NCBI GenBank assembly: GCA_046497275.1
Contig: JAWOFX010000043.1
Location: 1-6,409, forward strand
Direction of reading: 5' to 3'
Source of the DNA: Promethearchaeia archaeon
GTDB lineage: Archaea; Asgardarchaeota; Lokiarchaeia; Sigyniarchaeales; SOKP01
DNA: 6,409 bases
Of the stretch, positions 5,417 to 6,409 are shown in pieces. A program made the translations under genes and the position numbers. The notes beneath the pieces are model-generated. The model saw nothing but the letters and a program-made list of their open reading frames with translations, was not told the origin of the DNA and searched no databases. Positions within the stretch are counted from its first letter, which is position 1; every line of letters starts with the position of its first letter.

Positions 5417-6409
5417 CTAAATCATCTCCATAAATGCTTCAATTCTTGTAGTAAGTTGACCCCGTATTGATCTAGAATAGTCCCTTTCCAAGTTAAGAAC
5501 TTGAATCCCTCTTTCTTGTAGTTTTTCCTTAAAGGTTGACTGAACTAAGCTAAAATGATCACAGAATTTAATAATATGGTTAATTACGCCTAATTTTTTT
5601 CCATATTCTTTTTTAAAGTTATTAATATAATTTTCTAAGAAAGTAAGTTTTTCTTCGAGGGTATTAGGAACTGTATGATCACCATATATATTATTTTCAA
5701 ATCTTTTAACGAACAAATCCAAAGGATCTTGTAGTGTTTCCAAGATTTTTTCAGAAAATATTTGTGAATAATAATTATGTCCTATCCAACTATCGAAAAA
5801 GACGATGTTCCCTCCCCCCTCTTCGATCATATCAATTAAATAATCTCCAATGAAAATGGAGCATCCCGATAAAATAACAGGTTTAGCATTATTTTTTATT
5901 ATTTCATTTCTTTCCTTATTTTCTTCAATAAATTTTTCTAGCTCAGGTTGAATTTTTGGACCAAATAACATAGCTTTTTGATACATTTTCAACTTTTCTG
6001 AGCCTTTAATATCCAAATCCTTAATTTTTGAGATGGTTTTTTTAAAATTGTTATATTTGATTATACTTTTATGAATTTCTTCGTCCGGAATTTTTCCTCC
6101 TTTAATTTTTTCAAGCTCTTCTCTCAAAAGTTCTAATTCTATTTTGTAATATTTTAGAGCATTTTCATTACGAGTGTAAGACACATAAAAATTAATACGA
6201 TTAAGATTAAAGTTATCACAGATAATTTCGGATACCACTATATCTGATACACAATGGTTTGAGAGTAGGATATAATCAACGTAATCTAAGAATCTATACA
6301 TATTTGGTTTTAAGGAAAAAAATCCGATGCAACTCTGGGCAAAACTACAAGTTGATGGAGGTAAAAAATTATGACTTGCATTCATTAATGAATCATCTCC
6401 CGCGAAAAT
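5417..6409 (-). CDS. 2-hydroxyacyl-CoA dehydratase family subunit (HgdB/FldC/HadC/BcrC-like), probably 5'-partial
   Basis: Cys motifs LPPSTCSFAQS, SNHCVSD and IIKFCDH, the GCSI segment, and C-terminal LERDY...GQLTTRIEAFMEM. The frame stays open from ATG 6385 to the window edge (IFAGDDSL-MNAS...). The family's usual N-terminal ~50 aa is missing from the listed 322-aa ORF, so the true start is probably outside the window. TAG at 5417-5419. Confidence 0.88.
   Translation of the reverse strand: MFAGDDSLMNASHNFLPPSTCSFAQSCIGFFSLKPNMYRFLDYVDYILLSNHCVSDIVVSEIICDNFNLNRINFYVSYTRNENALKYYKIELELLREELEKIKGGKIPDEEIHKSIIKYNNFKKTISKIKDLDIKGSEKLKMYQKAMLFGPKIQPELEKFIEENKERNEIIKNNAKPVILSGCSIFIGDYLIDMIEEGGGNIVFFDSWIGHNYYSQIFSEKILETLQDPLDLFVKRFENNIYGDHTVPNTLEEKLTFLENYINNFKKEYGKKLGVINHIIKFCDHFSLVQSTFKEKLQERGIQVLNLERDYSRSIRGQLTTRIEAFMEMI
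5421..5429 (-). promoter_or_regulatory. Shine-Dalgarno GGAGATGAT inside the last codons of the upstream dehydratase gene (translational coupling)
   Basis: The - strand reads ATG GAG ATG ATT TAG AAA ATG. GGAGATGAT is an 8/9 match to GGAGGTGAT, 7 nt before ATG 5413, and only 3 nt separate the two genes. Confidence 0.65.

Noticed and set aside
4073-5460. Shared TTTATGGAGATG at the 3' ends of both dehydratase genes as a DNA repeat
   Set aside because: Explained by the conserved C-terminal protein signature (AFMEM) of paralogous subunits.
1-6409. CRISPR arrays, tRNA/rRNA, IS elements, integrases, riboswitches
   Set aside because: No regularly spaced repeats, no GC-rich structured segments and no transposase or recombinase motifs seen; intergenic spacers are short and AT-rich.

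Overview
A strongly AT-rich window (roughly 30% GC by eye, not computed) with six protein-coding genes and no recognisable RNA genes, CRISPR arrays or mobile elements. The + strand carries an unassigned ~194-aa helical/low-complexity protein and a PHP-family histidinol-phosphatase (HisJ type). The - strand carries four co-directional genes, in transcription order: a [4Fe-4S] 2-hydroxyacyl-CoA dehydratase-family subunit (5' end runs off the window), a second translationally coupled dehydratase-family subunit, a membrane di-iron alkane 1-monooxygenase (AlkB) with all His motifs intact, and a saccharopine-dehydrogenase-like NAD(P)-binding oxidoreductase (COG3268 / Rv2953 trans-acting enoyl reductase group). 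Low GC, Lys/Ile/Asn-rich proteins, GTGA/GGAGATGAT ribosome-binding motifs and T-rich hairpin-free intergenic spacers fit an anaerobic archaeon such as Asgard Lokiarchaeia, but no marker gene is present, so this is inference only. The main point of interest is an O2-requiring AlkB, with no rubredoxin partner in view, between an O2-labile radical dehydratase pair and a putative enoyl reductase, which could be an undescribed acyl-chain/lipid-tailoring module. A second, speculative lead is a CHMP2/Vps2-like stretch in the first ORF.
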